From IMG/VR virus record IMGVR_UViG_3300030419_003532, positions 588-64,587 of that record: DNA of 64,000 nucleotides, one strand, 5' to 3'. Within the stretch, counting starts at the first letter, position 1. Each line of letters starts with the position of its first letter. The DNA is from a virus. Lineage: Duplodnaviria > Caudoviricetes. The notes under the pieces are model-generated. The model saw only the letters and a program-made list of their open reading frames with translations, was not told the origin of the DNA and searched no databases. Shown one piece after another: positions 6,780-17,700 of the stretch. Both the position numbers and the translations under genes were made by a program.

Positions 6780-8810
6780 ATGTCAAGTAAAGTAATTTAT
6801 GGAATACCAATTAGCATTCCAAAAAAACCTTCTAAACGTTTTATATTAGGAAGTGATAAGCCTAAGAAAAAACAAAAATGGGAAAGAACTGAGCTACCAG
6901 AAAACTGGGAAATACTTCCACAATCTAAAAAAGCAAAGTTTATAGAACAAGAATTTAAAAGAAGAGTAGAAGGGGTTTGGTTTATGAATAATGGAGTAGC
7001 TACCTATATAACAGGAGTTCATTACTATTATTTAAATTGGTGTAAAATAGATATTGGGTATCCAGATTACTGGGATAGAGATAGAAGATTTTTTCTAATA
7101 TGGGATGGTGTAAGAAGAAATCCTGATTGTTATGGATTAATTATGCCGAAACATAGAAGGCAAGGAGCTTCTTGGAAAGCTGCAGCTATTGTGATGCATG
7201 ATATAACTCTATCATATAATTCTAATGGAGGAATTATGAGTAAGACGGGTGCTGATGCTAAAAAGCTCTTTGACAAAGTTGTATTTATGTTTAGGAAATT
7301 ACCTGAGTTTTTCCAGCCTATTATTGAAGGAACAGACTCTCCTAAAACCGTGCTTTCATTTAAGAAGCCTGGAGAGAAGATTACTAAAAATAATGTTAAG
7401 GTAAAAAAATCAGAAGCATTAGATAGTCAAATAGATTGGAGAAATACTAGGGATAACTCTTATGATGGCGAAAAATTAAAAACATTTGTATCTGATGAGG
7501 GAGGAAAATGGTTGGAGGCAGATGTTTCTAAAAATTGGCAAATTGTTAAACCTGCATTGTCTGAAGGAAGAAGAATAATAGGTAAGGCTTTTTTACCATC
7601 AACAGTAAATGAGATGGAATCAGGAGGTAAGGGATTTAAGGACATATGGGATGATTCTGACCAAGAAGATATAGTTCCAGGAATTAATAGAACTAAATCT
7701 GGATTGTTTAGGTATTTTACTCCAGCCTATGATGGGTTTGAAGGGTTTATAGATGAATATGGTAATAGTGTTATTGAAAACCCTACTAAAGTAATATATG
7801 ATAAATATGGAGAAAAAATTACTGTAGGAAGCAAACAGTATCTTGAAAATATAAGAGATAGTTTTGCTAATGATACTAACAAGCTTGCAGAATATAAAAG
7901 ACAGTTTCCTTTTACTCCTGAAGAAGCTTTTAGGGTAAGTACAGATGATTGCTTATTTGATTCAGAAAGAATATATCAGCAATTAGATTATATAGAAGGA
8001 GCAGGAAATAAGATAACTACAACAGGTAATTTTATATGGAAGAATGCAGAAAGAGATAGCGAAGTAATATGGATTCCAGATAGAAAAGGTAAATGGAATG
8101 TTGTTTGGTTGCCTAAGAAAGAAGAAAGTAATAATATGAATATAAAGCGTTCAGGAAAATATCCTGGTAATGAATTAAGTTTAGTTTCAGGATGTGACCC
8201 TTTTGACCATGATGTAACAACAGATGGTAGAAGGTCTGATGCGGCTTCATATGTTTTTAAAAAATTAGATGTTCATGACCAGGATAATTCTAATATGTTT
8301 GTAGCTGAATATATAAATAGACCTCCTAAAGCAGAAATGTTTTTTGAGGATATTTTAATGCAATGCATCTATTATGGAGCTCCAATATTAGTTGAAAATA
8401 ATAAAATAGGTCTTATACAGTATTTTAAAAGAAGAGGATATGAAAAATATCTTATGGCTAGGCCAGAATCTACACATACAAAATTTAGTAAAAAACAAAC
8501 AGAAGTAGGAATACCTGCAACTGGGGTTGCTGTTGCAAATGCAATAGTAGATTCTATACAAGCATATGTATATGACTATGTTGGAGTAAATGAAGAAACA
8601 GGAGAAGTTGGGAGAGTCTTTTTTGAAAGATTATTAAAAGACTGGTTAGAGTTTGATATAAATAATAGAACAAAGTTTGATGCAACAATGGCATCTGGGT
8701 TTACATTGCTTGCTTCACAAAAAAATGTAAGACCTAAAATAAAAATAAAAGAAATACAAGCTTTTGTAAGAAAATATAGTAATAGCGGTAAAGTATCTAA
8801 ATTAATATAA
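6780..8810 (+). CDS. terL: Terminase large subunit
   Basis: Walker A-like PKHRRQGAS, Walker B FVSDEGGK, nuclease GCDPFD and ILVENNK; start moved to ATG 6780 because the track's TTG start lies inside the promoter. Confidence 0.9.
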   Translation: MSSKVIYGIPISIPKKPSKRFILGSDKPKKKQKWERTELPENWEILPQSKKAKFIEQEFKRRVEGVWFMNNGVATYITGVHYYYLNWCKIDIGYPDYWDRDRRFFLIWDGVRRNPDCYGLIMPKHRRQGASWKAAAIVMHDITLSYNSNGGIMSKTGADAKKLFDKVVFMFRKLPEFFQPIIEGTDSPKTVLSFKKPGEKITKNNVKVKKSEALDSQIDWRNTRDNSYDGEKLKTFVSDEGGKWLEADVSKNWQIVKPALSEGRRIIGKAFLPSTVNEMESGGKGFKDIWDDSDQEDIVPGINRTKSGLFRYFTPAYDGFEGFIDEYGNSVIENPTKVIYDKYGEKITVGSKQYLENIRDSFANDTNKLAEYKRQFPFTPEEAFRVSTDDCLFDSERIYQQLDYIEGAGNKITTTGNFIWKNAERDSEVIWIPDRKGKWNVVWLPKKEESNNMNIKRSGKYPGNELSLVSGCDPFDHDVTTDGRRSDAASYVFKKLDVHDQDNSNMFVAEYINRPPKAEMFFEDILMQCIYYGAPILVENNKIGLIQYFKRRGYEKYLMARPESTHTKFSKKQTEVGIPATGVAVANAIVDSIQAYVYDYVGVNEETGEVGRVFFERLLKDWLEFDINNRTKFDATMASGFTLLASQKNVRPKIKIKEIQAFVRKYSNSGKVSKLI

Positions 8811-8816
8811 TAATAA

Positions 8817-11102
8817 ATGAAAAATAAAGATTTTTATGGATTTCCTAATCCATTAGCTTCACGAGAAGAGAAGTTAACAAAAGAGTACGGATTGCAATAC
8901 TTTAAACAAATGTTTAGAGAATGGGAAGATGAAGGCTCTGGAGTTAATCTAATGTCAACACGTAATCAAAGATATAGAAGGTATAGAGAGTATGCAGAAG
9001 GCATGCAATCTATAGACCAATATAAAGAACTAGTAGGTGCAAATGGAGATAGCTCTTATCTTAACTTAAATTGGGAAGTAGTCCCTATTATTCCTAAATT
9101 TGTAGATGTTTTAGTTGGTGGACTTACTAATCAAGATTATAATATAAGATGTACAGCTATAGACCCTGTTTCTGTAGATAAAAAACATCAAGACACATAC
9201 AAGGCTCTTGCAAAAATAGAATTAAGAAGTTTCGCAACAGAGGTCGCTGGGATGACTGGATTACCTTTAGATAAGGAATTTCAAGACCTACCTGAAAATA
9301 AAGAAGAATTAGAGCTTTATATGGAATTAAATTATAAGCAGGCTGTTGAGATAGGTATGGAGCAAGGAATAGAATTAACGTTTTATTTAAATGATTGGGA
9401 AGAAATAAGAAAAAGAGTTGTTAGAGATTTAACCGTATTAGATATAGGTGTTACAAAAACAGGGGTTGAGAATGGAAAAATAATAATACGTTATGTAGAC
9501 CCAGTTAATTTTGTTTCTTCACATTCTTCTAGTCCAGATTTTAAGAATATGGAGTATGCTGGAGAGGTTATGTATATTACTATACATGATTTAAAACGAA
9601 TGGCTGGAGACCAATTTACAGATGAGGAATATGAAGATATAGCAAAATCTGTTTTAGGCAGACATGGCAATCCTGCAAAAATGTCTTTAAGTACAGTAAA
9701 TTATAATGGATATGAAGTTACCGAATATGATACTTATAAAATATCTTTAATTGATGGGGTGTTTAAATGTACAGATAGCTTAAAATATGAAAAAAAGAAT
9801 AATAAATATGGAGGGTATTCTTTTAATAAAAAAGACTCTAAATATAAGCCACCTAAAAATCCTAGATATAAAAGAACTCAGATAAACTCACATGTAGAGA
9901 TGATTTATAAAGGAAAGTATATTATAGGTACAGATTATATATTTGATTATGGAGTTGCAGATAATATTGTAAGGCCTAAAAGTAATTTATCAAAAGCATT
10001 AATGCCTTTTTCTGTTTATGCTCCTAATATTTTAAATATGAATAATAAAGGAATGGTTGAAAGAATGATTCCTTTTGCTGACCAAATACAGCTTGCACAT
10101 TTAAAGATACAACACTTAATATCAAAAGTAAAACCTCAAGGCTCTGCTATTGAATTAGGAGCTATAGAAAATGTAGGTAAGGGAGATGGAGGTACATTTA
10201 CTCCTTTAGAAGTTCAGGATATATATCAGCAGACAGGTAATCTTTATTATAGATTGCAACAAGATGATGGTACTCCTGGCCCTGCTAATCCTATACAAGA
10301 ATTAAGAGGAGGTATAGGTGGTGCTCTTCAAGAACTTATTGCTATATATCAATATAATTTACAAATGATAAGAGATGTAACTGGTATTAATGAGGCTAGA
10401 GATGCTTCTCAACCAGATAAAGAATCTTTAGTTGGTGTACAAAAAATGGCTCTTTTAGCATCTAATAATGCAACTAGATGGTTAAATCAAGCTTTTTTAA
10501 GTATTACAAGGAATACAGCAAAAAGTATTGCGTTAAGAGTACAGGATTTAGTTAAATATTCAGGAACATATAAAGGATATGTTCAATCTATAGGAGAGTA
10601 TAATATGAAAGCTATAGAGGTTACAAAAGATGTTACTTTAGCAGATTTCGGTATTATGATAGAGCCTTTACCAGATGAAGAGCAAAAACAATTATTAGAA
10701 CAAAATATTCAAGTATCCATACAACAAGGAGAACTTAGAATAGAAGATGCTATATTAATAAGAAGTATTCCTAATATTAAACTTGCTAATCAAATGTTAA
10801 TTCTTAGACGTAAAAAGTATGCTGAAGAGCAGCAAGAAATGGCAATGGCAAATGCTAAAGCAAATGCTGAGCAGCAACAAGTTTCTATACAAGCTAAAGC
10901 TCAGGCAGATTCGCAACTTAAAATGCAAGATGTTCAGGCTGATATTGAGAAGCTTAAAGCAGAATATGAGCTTAGAGAAACTTTCGCACAAGCAGAACAC
11001 GAAAGAAAATTAAGAGAATTAGAGGTTCAGGGGGAAATCAAGGGAGAGCATATAGGTTTAGCTCAAGATGATTCCGACCTAGTTAGAACAAAAGTAAAAT
11101 AA
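8817..11102 (+). CDS. Portal protein
   Basis: Follows TerL; 761 aa; VPIIPKFVDV, RYVDP, IRDVTGINEARD, C-terminal coiled coil. Confidence 0.85.
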   Translation: MKNKDFYGFPNPLASREEKLTKEYGLQYFKQMFREWEDEGSGVNLMSTRNQRYRRYREYAEGMQSIDQYKELVGANGDSSYLNLNWEVVPIIPKFVDVLVGGLTNQDYNIRCTAIDPVSVDKKHQDTYKALAKIELRSFATEVAGMTGLPLDKEFQDLPENKEELELYMELNYKQAVEIGMEQGIELTFYLNDWEEIRKRVVRDLTVLDIGVTKTGVENGKIIIRYVDPVNFVSSHSSSPDFKNMEYAGEVMYITIHDLKRMAGDQFTDEEYEDIAKSVLGRHGNPAKMSLSTVNYNGYEVTEYDTYKISLIDGVFKCTDSLKYEKKNNKYGGYSFNKKDSKYKPPKNPRYKRTQINSHVEMIYKGKYIIGTDYIFDYGVADNIVRPKSNLSKALMPFSVYAPNILNMNNKGMVERMIPFADQIQLAHLKIQHLISKVKPQGSAIELGAIENVGKGDGGTFTPLEVQDIYQQTGNLYYRLQQDDGTPGPANPIQELRGGIGGALQELIAIYQYNLQMIRDVTGINEARDASQPDKESLVGVQKMALLASNNATRWLNQAFLSITRNTAKSIALRVQDLVKYSGTYKGYVQSIGEYNMKAIEVTKDVTLADFGIMIEPLPDEEQKQLLEQNIQVSIQQGELRIEDAILIRSIPNIKLANQMLILRRKKYAEEQQEMAMANAKANAEQQQVSIQAKAQADSQLKMQDVQADIEKLKAEYELRETFAQAEHERKLRELEVQGEIKGEHIGLAQDDSDLVRTKVK

Positions 11103-11133
11103 TTGCAATATTCAAAAACTTTTTGTATATTTG
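11103..11133 (+). promoter_or_regulatory. SigmaA-type promoter for head genes
   Basis: TTG 11103-11105 + 20 nt + TATATTTG 11126-11133. Confidence 0.7.
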
Positions 11134-11159
11134 CATAAGTTTAATTTAAATTTAAGAAA

Positions 11160-12302
11160 ATGGTAGAAAACAGATTTGAGGAGTTAGTAGCTAAAAGTAT
11201 GGGTGCTGAAATAGCTAAAGAAGATACTCCTAAGACCGAAGAGGTTAAAAAAGAAGTACCAAAAGAAGAAGCTCCACAACAAGAAGTAAAAGAAGAAGTA
11301 AAAGAAAATGTGGAGACTAAAGAAGAAGTTGTTTCTGAAAAAGTTACAGAAGAAACTACTACTGAAAGTTCTTTGAAAGAAGGAGAGGAATCTCCTAAAG
11401 AAAAAGAAGATAATACTCCTAGCGAGGAAAAAGTTGTTTCTCAACAACCTAGTTTTGATGATATGTTAAGCGAAAAGACTGACGGTAAGTTCAAAACTTA
11501 TGATGAGTTAATTACAGCTTTATCTGAGCAAAACACTGTGGAAGAAAATAATTTTGCTAACGACCAGATAGCTAAATTAAATGAATATGTTTCCAAAGGT
11601 GGTAAAATGGAGGATTTCTTTCGCACTCAAGTACAGAATTATGAAGATATGGATTCTGAAGGTCTCGTAAAAAATTATATGAAACTTAATAATCCAGACC
11701 TTAATAATGAAGATATTGATTTACTTTATGAAGATACATATCGTTTAGATGAGGGCGAATACACAGATAATGAAATAAGGTTATCTAAAATTAAGTTGAA
11801 ACAAAAATCTGCAGAAGCAAAGAGAGAACTTCTTAAATTTCAAAAAGAAAATTCTTTACCTGACCCAGCAAAAAGAGCTGAGCAGGATAAAATAAAGTTA
11901 GAAGCTCAACAAAAAAATTGGGCTAAACAAGTTACAGAATCTCTTGAAAACTTTAAAGAAGTGACTTTCCCTCTTAATGATAAGGGAGAAAATTTTACTT
12001 TTGCAGTTAATGATGATACTATGAAGTATGTAAAAGATACTTCTTTGAATCTTCCAAATTTTTGGAATAGATATGTTAATGCGGATGGAACAGAAAATGT
12101 TGCAAAACTTAATAAGGAAATAGCTATTTTAGAAAATATAGATTCAATTGTTAGAAATGCATATGCTCAAGGAAAGTCTAGTGGAAAAGAAGATGTTGTA
12201 AAAGATATTAAAAATCCATCATATAATCCAGAAAGTAAGCAAGATACCAATAAGCCATTGTCTGTACAAGACCAAATTAATAAGCAATTAAGAGGTTATT
12301 AA
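11160..12302 (+). CDS. Capsid scaffolding-like protein
   Basis: Very acidic low-complexity N-terminus, helical body, position between portal and MCP. Confidence 0.7.
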   Translation: MVENRFEELVAKSMGAEIAKEDTPKTEEVKKEVPKEEAPQQEVKEEVKENVETKEEVVSEKVTEETTTESSLKEGEESPKEKEDNTPSEEKVVSQQPSFDDMLSEKTDGKFKTYDELITALSEQNTVEENNFANDQIAKLNEYVSKGGKMEDFFRTQVQNYEDMDSEGLVKNYMKLNNPDLNNEDIDLLYEDTYRLDEGEYTDNEIRLSKIKLKQKSAEAKRELLKFQKENSLPDPAKRAEQDKIKLEAQQKNWAKQVTESLENFKEVTFPLNDKGENFTFAVNDDTMKYVKDTSLNLPNFWNRYVNADGTENVAKLNKEIAILENIDSIVRNAYAQGKSSGKEDVVKDIKNPSYNPESKQDTNKPLSVQDQINKQLRGY

Positions 12303-12346
12303 TAGGTTAAAAATAAATTAATAATAACATTTAAAAGAATAAAAAA

Positions 12347-13765
12347 ATGGCATATTCAACAACTAGCAATACTGCGTCTACGGTTCTCCAAGGAGTTACT
12401 CCAGTTTACGCAAATGGTATACCGTCAGCACACGCTATTGCTACAACAGAAAATTACGTTTCTACGTTAAACGTACACGCTCCTGATGTTGCCGAAGATT
12501 TTGTGTCTCGTTATGGAGACCAATCTTTAACAGGTTTTCTAGATTCAATGGGAGCTATGGCTCCAGTTTCTTCTAGAAAATTTGAGCATTGGGAAGATGA
12601 TTGGGTTCATCAAAGTTTTGTAAACACAGGAACACCTACTGTTACTCAAGCAGGTGCTACTGTAGGTATTAACACTTCATATTCATCAACAGGAGCTGCT
12701 GGCGGAAATTACTTTCCAAGAGTAGGAGATATTGTAATGAATAGTAATGGAGACCTTGCATGGTGTAGTGCAATTAACTATGGTTCTGACCAAGTTACAT
12801 TAGTAGCTTATAATGCTGCGTGGTCAGCTTTATCAGCTGGTGAAACTTTAGTTGTTATTGGTAATGAATGGGCTGAGAACACTCAACAACCAGAAGGTGT
12901 TACTCCTCAGGCTAATCACTACTATAACTATACAATGATTATGAAAGAAACATTTGAAGTTTCAGGTTCTGAAGCTACAAATAAAACATGGTTTAAAGTT
13001 AATGACCCTAATACAGGTCAGTCTGGATACCTTTGGTACTTAAAAGGTGAGGCTGATACTTATAAGCGTTTCATGAACTATTGTGAGACTATGATGCTTC
13101 AAGGTAAGATTGCAACTAACTCAAATGCTGCATTAACTGGTACTATTGGTCAAGGTGGTATTACAGGTTCTGAAGGACTTATTGAGTTCATGAGAACAGG
13201 TAACACTCAAACTTATAACCAATTAGCTGGATTTAACTTATCTGATTTTGATTCAATGATTCGTACACTAGATACAAATAGAGGTGCAAAAGAAAACACT
13301 ATTTGGGCTGGTATAGATTTATCATTAGCAATTGATGATGCGGTTGCAGCTATGTTTGCTGGTGGCGGTATTTCTTATGGTGCATTTAATGGTGCTGAAG
13401 AAATCGCTGTAGCATTTGGATTTAAATCTTTCACTAGAGGTGGTTATACATTCCATAAGAAAACTTATGATGTGTTTAACTACTTACCAATGTTTGGTGC
13501 TTCTGGTTACAATTATCCAGGAATGGGTATGGTAATACCAGGAGATATGAGAAAAGATGCTAGAACTGGAGATTCAATGCCTTCTTTACGAGTTAGATAT
13601 AAAGAAGGAGGAGGATACTCAAGAAAAATGGAACACTGGTTAACAGGTTCTGCAGGTCTTGCAAATCCAACTAATGAGGTTGATGGAATGAAAGTTCATT
13701 ATAGAACTGAAAGAGGTTTTGAAGGTTTTGCTTCAAACAGATTCATCTTGTTAGAAAGAGCTTAA
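12347..13765 (+). CDS. Major capsid protein
   Basis: 472 aa; FEHWED, NYTMIMKETFEVSGS, EGLIEF, FGFKSF..GGYTFH; followed by a strong terminator. Confidence 0.85.
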   Translation: MAYSTTSNTASTVLQGVTPVYANGIPSAHAIATTENYVSTLNVHAPDVAEDFVSRYGDQSLTGFLDSMGAMAPVSSRKFEHWEDDWVHQSFVNTGTPTVTQAGATVGINTSYSSTGAAGGNYFPRVGDIVMNSNGDLAWCSAINYGSDQVTLVAYNAAWSALSAGETLVVIGNEWAENTQQPEGVTPQANHYYNYTMIMKETFEVSGSEATNKTWFKVNDPNTGQSGYLWYLKGEADTYKRFMNYCETMMLQGKIATNSNAALTGTIGQGGITGSEGLIEFMRTGNTQTYNQLAGFNLSDFDSMIRTLDTNRGAKENTIWAGIDLSLAIDDAVAAMFAGGGISYGAFNGAEEIAVAFGFKSFTRGGYTFHKKTYDVFNYLPMFGASGYNYPGMGMVIPGDMRKDARTGDSMPSLRVRYKEGGGYSRKMEHWLTGSAGLANPTNEVDGMKVHYRTERGFEGFASNRFILLERA

Positions 13766-13785
13766 TAAGCTTAGTTATTTAAGAA

Positions 13786-13818
13786 AGGGAGGGAAAGCCT
13801 CCCTCCTTTTCTTTTTTT
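13786..13818 (+). terminator. Intrinsic terminator after MCP
   Basis: AGGGAGG-GAAAG-CCTCCCT followed by a T tract. Confidence 0.8.
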
Positions 13819-13843
13819 ATTAATTATATTAAATTTTAGAAAA

Positions 13844-14674
13844 ATGGCAAATAAAAGAAAATCAACGATATATCAATTATCGTACAGAAATGAAGTCCCT
13901 TCAACAAGAGGTAAACATTTCCCATCAAGTTCACGAATACCTTCTATAGACGAAATCTATTGTGAAGAGACAAATACTAATAGAATGATTCGTTATGTTA
14001 TGGGGGAACAATCAATTTATCAAGACGAACAAACATCTGCAAATCCTATTATAGGAGATATTGTTTTTACTAATGGGGTATTACCTGTTCAGTATAACCA
14101 AGTAACCTTAAAGAAGTATTTAGATGCTTGTAATTATAATTCAAATAATCCTCATAGGATTAAAGATAAGAAAGCATTATTTGGAGTTGTAGATAATGAG
14201 TTTAATGCTGAAAAATCATTAGACGCAATGGAAATTCAGTATTTAGCTGTAGATACATTAATGAAAATGGATGCTCAAAAAATGGTAGGTTATGCTAGAG
14301 CTATGGATATTAATGTAGATAGAAGTGTTTATGAAATTAAACATGATATGATGGTTATGGCTAAAAATAATCCAGAAAAATTTATGGAAGAAATTTCAAA
14401 TCCTATGATTGAAAGAAAACAAGTTATGATGGATGCATTAGAAGAAAGGTTAATTATTGAAAATAAAGGTAAAAGACAATTCTTCTGGGGAGATACTAAA
14501 GATTTGATTTTTACTGTTCCAGTAGGAATCAATCCAGTAGATGCCTTAACAGAATATACTTTTGATGATGAAGGAACTGCAGTATTTAGTAGAGTTAAAA
14601 GACTACTATCTGGAGAACCTGAAAAGGTTAAAACTAAGAAACCATTAAAAAAGGCAGTTAGTAAAGAAGATTAA
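13844..14674 (+). CDS. Conserved protein downstream of MCP
   Basis: ORF track; position typical of crAss-related capsid modules. Confidence 0.6.
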   Translation: MANKRKSTIYQLSYRNEVPSTRGKHFPSSSRIPSIDEIYCEETNTNRMIRYVMGEQSIYQDEQTSANPIIGDIVFTNGVLPVQYNQVTLKKYLDACNYNSNNPHRIKDKKALFGVVDNEFNAEKSLDAMEIQYLAVDTLMKMDAQKMVGYARAMDINVDRSVYEIKHDMMVMAKNNPEKFMEEISNPMIERKQVMMDALEERLIIENKGKRQFFWGDTKDLIFTVPVGINPVDALTEYTFDDEGTAVFSRVKRLLSGEPEKVKTKKPLKKAVSKED

Positions 14675-14695
14675 CTAATTTACTAATATATTATT

Positions 14696-14753
14696 AAAGA
14701 GAGATATTTTAAGGTATCTCTCTTTTTTTTGTTAAAAGTTTTTCGTATATTTG
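14696..14753 (+). terminator. Terminator followed by a promoter -7 element
   Basis: AAAGAGAGATA...TATCTCTCTTT + T tract; TATATTTG at 14746-14753. Confidence 0.7.
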
Positions 14754-14776
14754 TAGAATCACTTATTACATTTTTT

Positions 14777-17700
14777 ATGAATCATAAAATAATAGATGCA
14801 AGGGGTTATACTTTTGCTATAGGTAGTTTTCCAAGAGGAGGAGTCTCTGTTGGAGGAAAAGATTTTAACGGAGCTTATGTTGATATTGTTGTTTGGCATG
14901 CTGACGATACAGAAATCCAAGAGATAGATTTAGTTACTGGATTTCAAGACATAACAGGAGATGTTGATTTAAATAATAATACAGTTACGCATTACGATGT
15001 ATTAGTTGGGACTGATGGCCCTGATGGTTTTTACAAGAATTGTAGTTTTGCAAGAGGGTATAGGCTTAGATATATGGACTATGATACTTCTAATGGAGTT
15101 CAGGCTTGTCCTGGTAATATGCCTCATATATCTACTGAAAGAAGAATAAAGATAACCTTTAATGAAAGTGCTCCAGGAGCTGGAGATGCCTCTGAAGCTT
15201 ATATTGATATATTTGTTCCAGGAACAAACATGAATTGGACAAATATTTATGATTCTCCTATTGTTGTTGATGCACAAACTATAAGTGCATTACCTTCGGG
15301 AATAACTCCTGCAATAATGGCTCAACCTAATTTTGATGTTGGGGGAGTTTGTCATCCAGGAGTATCAGGTTGGTATCAAAGTCCTCCATTTTGTGATGGC
15401 TCTGGTCTTGGTAAAGACCCTTTTCTTGGATGGAATGATGGATGTATATGGTATGAACCTAAACAGTGGGAACGAGTATCAGACCCTGGGTCGTTGCAAG
15501 GACAGATACATCCTTTTCCTCATGCAGGACATGTTTTTACAAAGTCTGCATCTGGCCAAGGAACATTATCTCATAGTTCTATTAATGAATTTACAAAGAC
15601 TTGGCAATCAGATTGTACAAGTTGCTATGGTAATGACCCTGCACTTACTGGTATAGGAGCTCCAGTTCTTAGTAATGAATATCTTCCAAGCGGGCAATTT
15701 TTGGGTTTTTATGACCACTTTGGGCCTAATGATGGTGTAGTTAAATTAAGAGATGCGTATAATGTTACTCCACTAGGATTAAATTCTTTGAATTTACCTA
15801 ATTGTGCTTCTACAAGAGTTCAGCAGCCTCAACCAGGAGGTGTTTACCAAGATGGCTATCAAAGGTCTCAAATACATTGGATTTTTGGTGAGGAATATTG
15901 GGGGACTTTATATGGTAATTATACTGAATTATTAACTGCTGCACAAAACCCTGATTATAATAAGGTAGATAATAGATGGATGTATGGAGGAGCTTTATAT
16001 AATTTAGAATGTGTTCCTACAGCTGACCCTTGTTTAACTAATCCTGTAATAATTAATCCTACTGCTTTTGGAGGTACTCTTCAGGAATCTAATATAGGAG
16101 CATGTGATGCAAACATTACTGTTAATCCTGCTCTTATATCAGGAGGAACACCTGGCTATACTTATCAATGGGAAGTAAGTTATGATAATGGGACTACATG
16201 GACTAATTTTTCAACGAGTTTAAATATTAGTAATTTATGTCCTGCTGACTATAGATTAACTGTAACAGATTCATTAGGATGTGTTACTATGGCATCTCCT
16301 ATAGAATGTCTTCCAGGAACTACCTTACCATGCGTTTTAAATTTTAATCCTACATTTGCACATAATTGTACAGGAACAGATTTAGATGTTGGGCTTATGG
16401 CTCCAACAAATACAAATACAAATATATCTATAACTTGGACACATCCTTCTGGGAATATAATTACCGCTTGTCAAGATAATCCTTTATGTTCAGTTGATAG
16501 TGGTAATAATCCAGGAATATACTCTTTTGAAATAGAAGATACTAGTATTAATGGTTGTGTACAAACATTTTCTTTTCCTCATGTTTCTGTCACCCCTCTT
16601 ACAGGGACTATAACAGGAACAGATGTTACTACTCCAGGAGGTAATGATGGTACAGCTATTGTAATGGTTAGTGGTGGTACTCCACCATATACTTATTCTT
16701 GGACAACTGGAGATACAACTGCAGCTGTTACTGGGCTTTCAGCACAATGCTATGTTGTAGCTGTTACTGATGCAAATGGATGTCAAGCATCATTTAGTAT
16801 ATGTATTGGAGAGCCAGTTGTTATTCCTACGAATGTTCAGCCTTTAGATGTATGTGTTCGTCTAGCTTCTGTATATACTAATGGGGCTCCAGATATACTT
16901 CCGTATTTTGAATTTATAGATAATCAGTTATATCATCCTTCTGGGCCTAATCTACCTTATAGTATTGCTATAAGTATACTTCATTCTAATGGGACTCCAG
17001 TTTATCAAGGTAGTTTAAATAATCCAGATATACTTATAGACAATAATTCACCTACTTCTAGAACATATGATTTTACTACAAAATATGGAATGAATAATTC
17101 AATATTATTTCCAGTAGATAATTTATATTTTCGCCCTATTGATGATATTTATACAATTAATATGAGTTGGAATTTTACTGGGAGTACTGTTGCTGATTTT
17201 TCTACATCTATTCAGATAGATGCTAGAGATATAAGAATATTTAGTGATTTTGAATTAAATAATATTGTAGCGTATGATTGTAGTGCTTCTTATGTTTATG
17301 GTTGGGATTATACTAATTATGAAATACCTCCAACTACATTTACTTTGACTAGAACTCATGAATTATTTGCTCCAACATCTAGCGGGCTACCTGCTCCTGC
17401 AGTATCTAGTGGAAGTCAGAATATTTCTTATCCATTATATGAGGGAGAATGGACTGGTTCAGTTATTTCTGATTTAATTTGGAATAAACCAGCATCACCT
17501 TCTTTAGTACCAAATCAATATTTTCATCCTTTCTGTATTAAAAGAATAGTTTCTAATAATGCTATTGAAAATGTTGTTTGTAGTGTAGACCCTTGTCTTA
17601 TTCAGCATTTTTCTAAAAAAATTAAAAATAGGTATGATAAGGCAGTTTGTGATTGTGATATATTAAAGATAAAAAAATATAGAAAAAAATATCAAAGATT

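Noticed and set aside
14729-14776. Track start codons at 14729 (and 6765)
   Set aside because: These TTG starts lie upstream of or inside the promoter elements; downstream ATGs are more plausible
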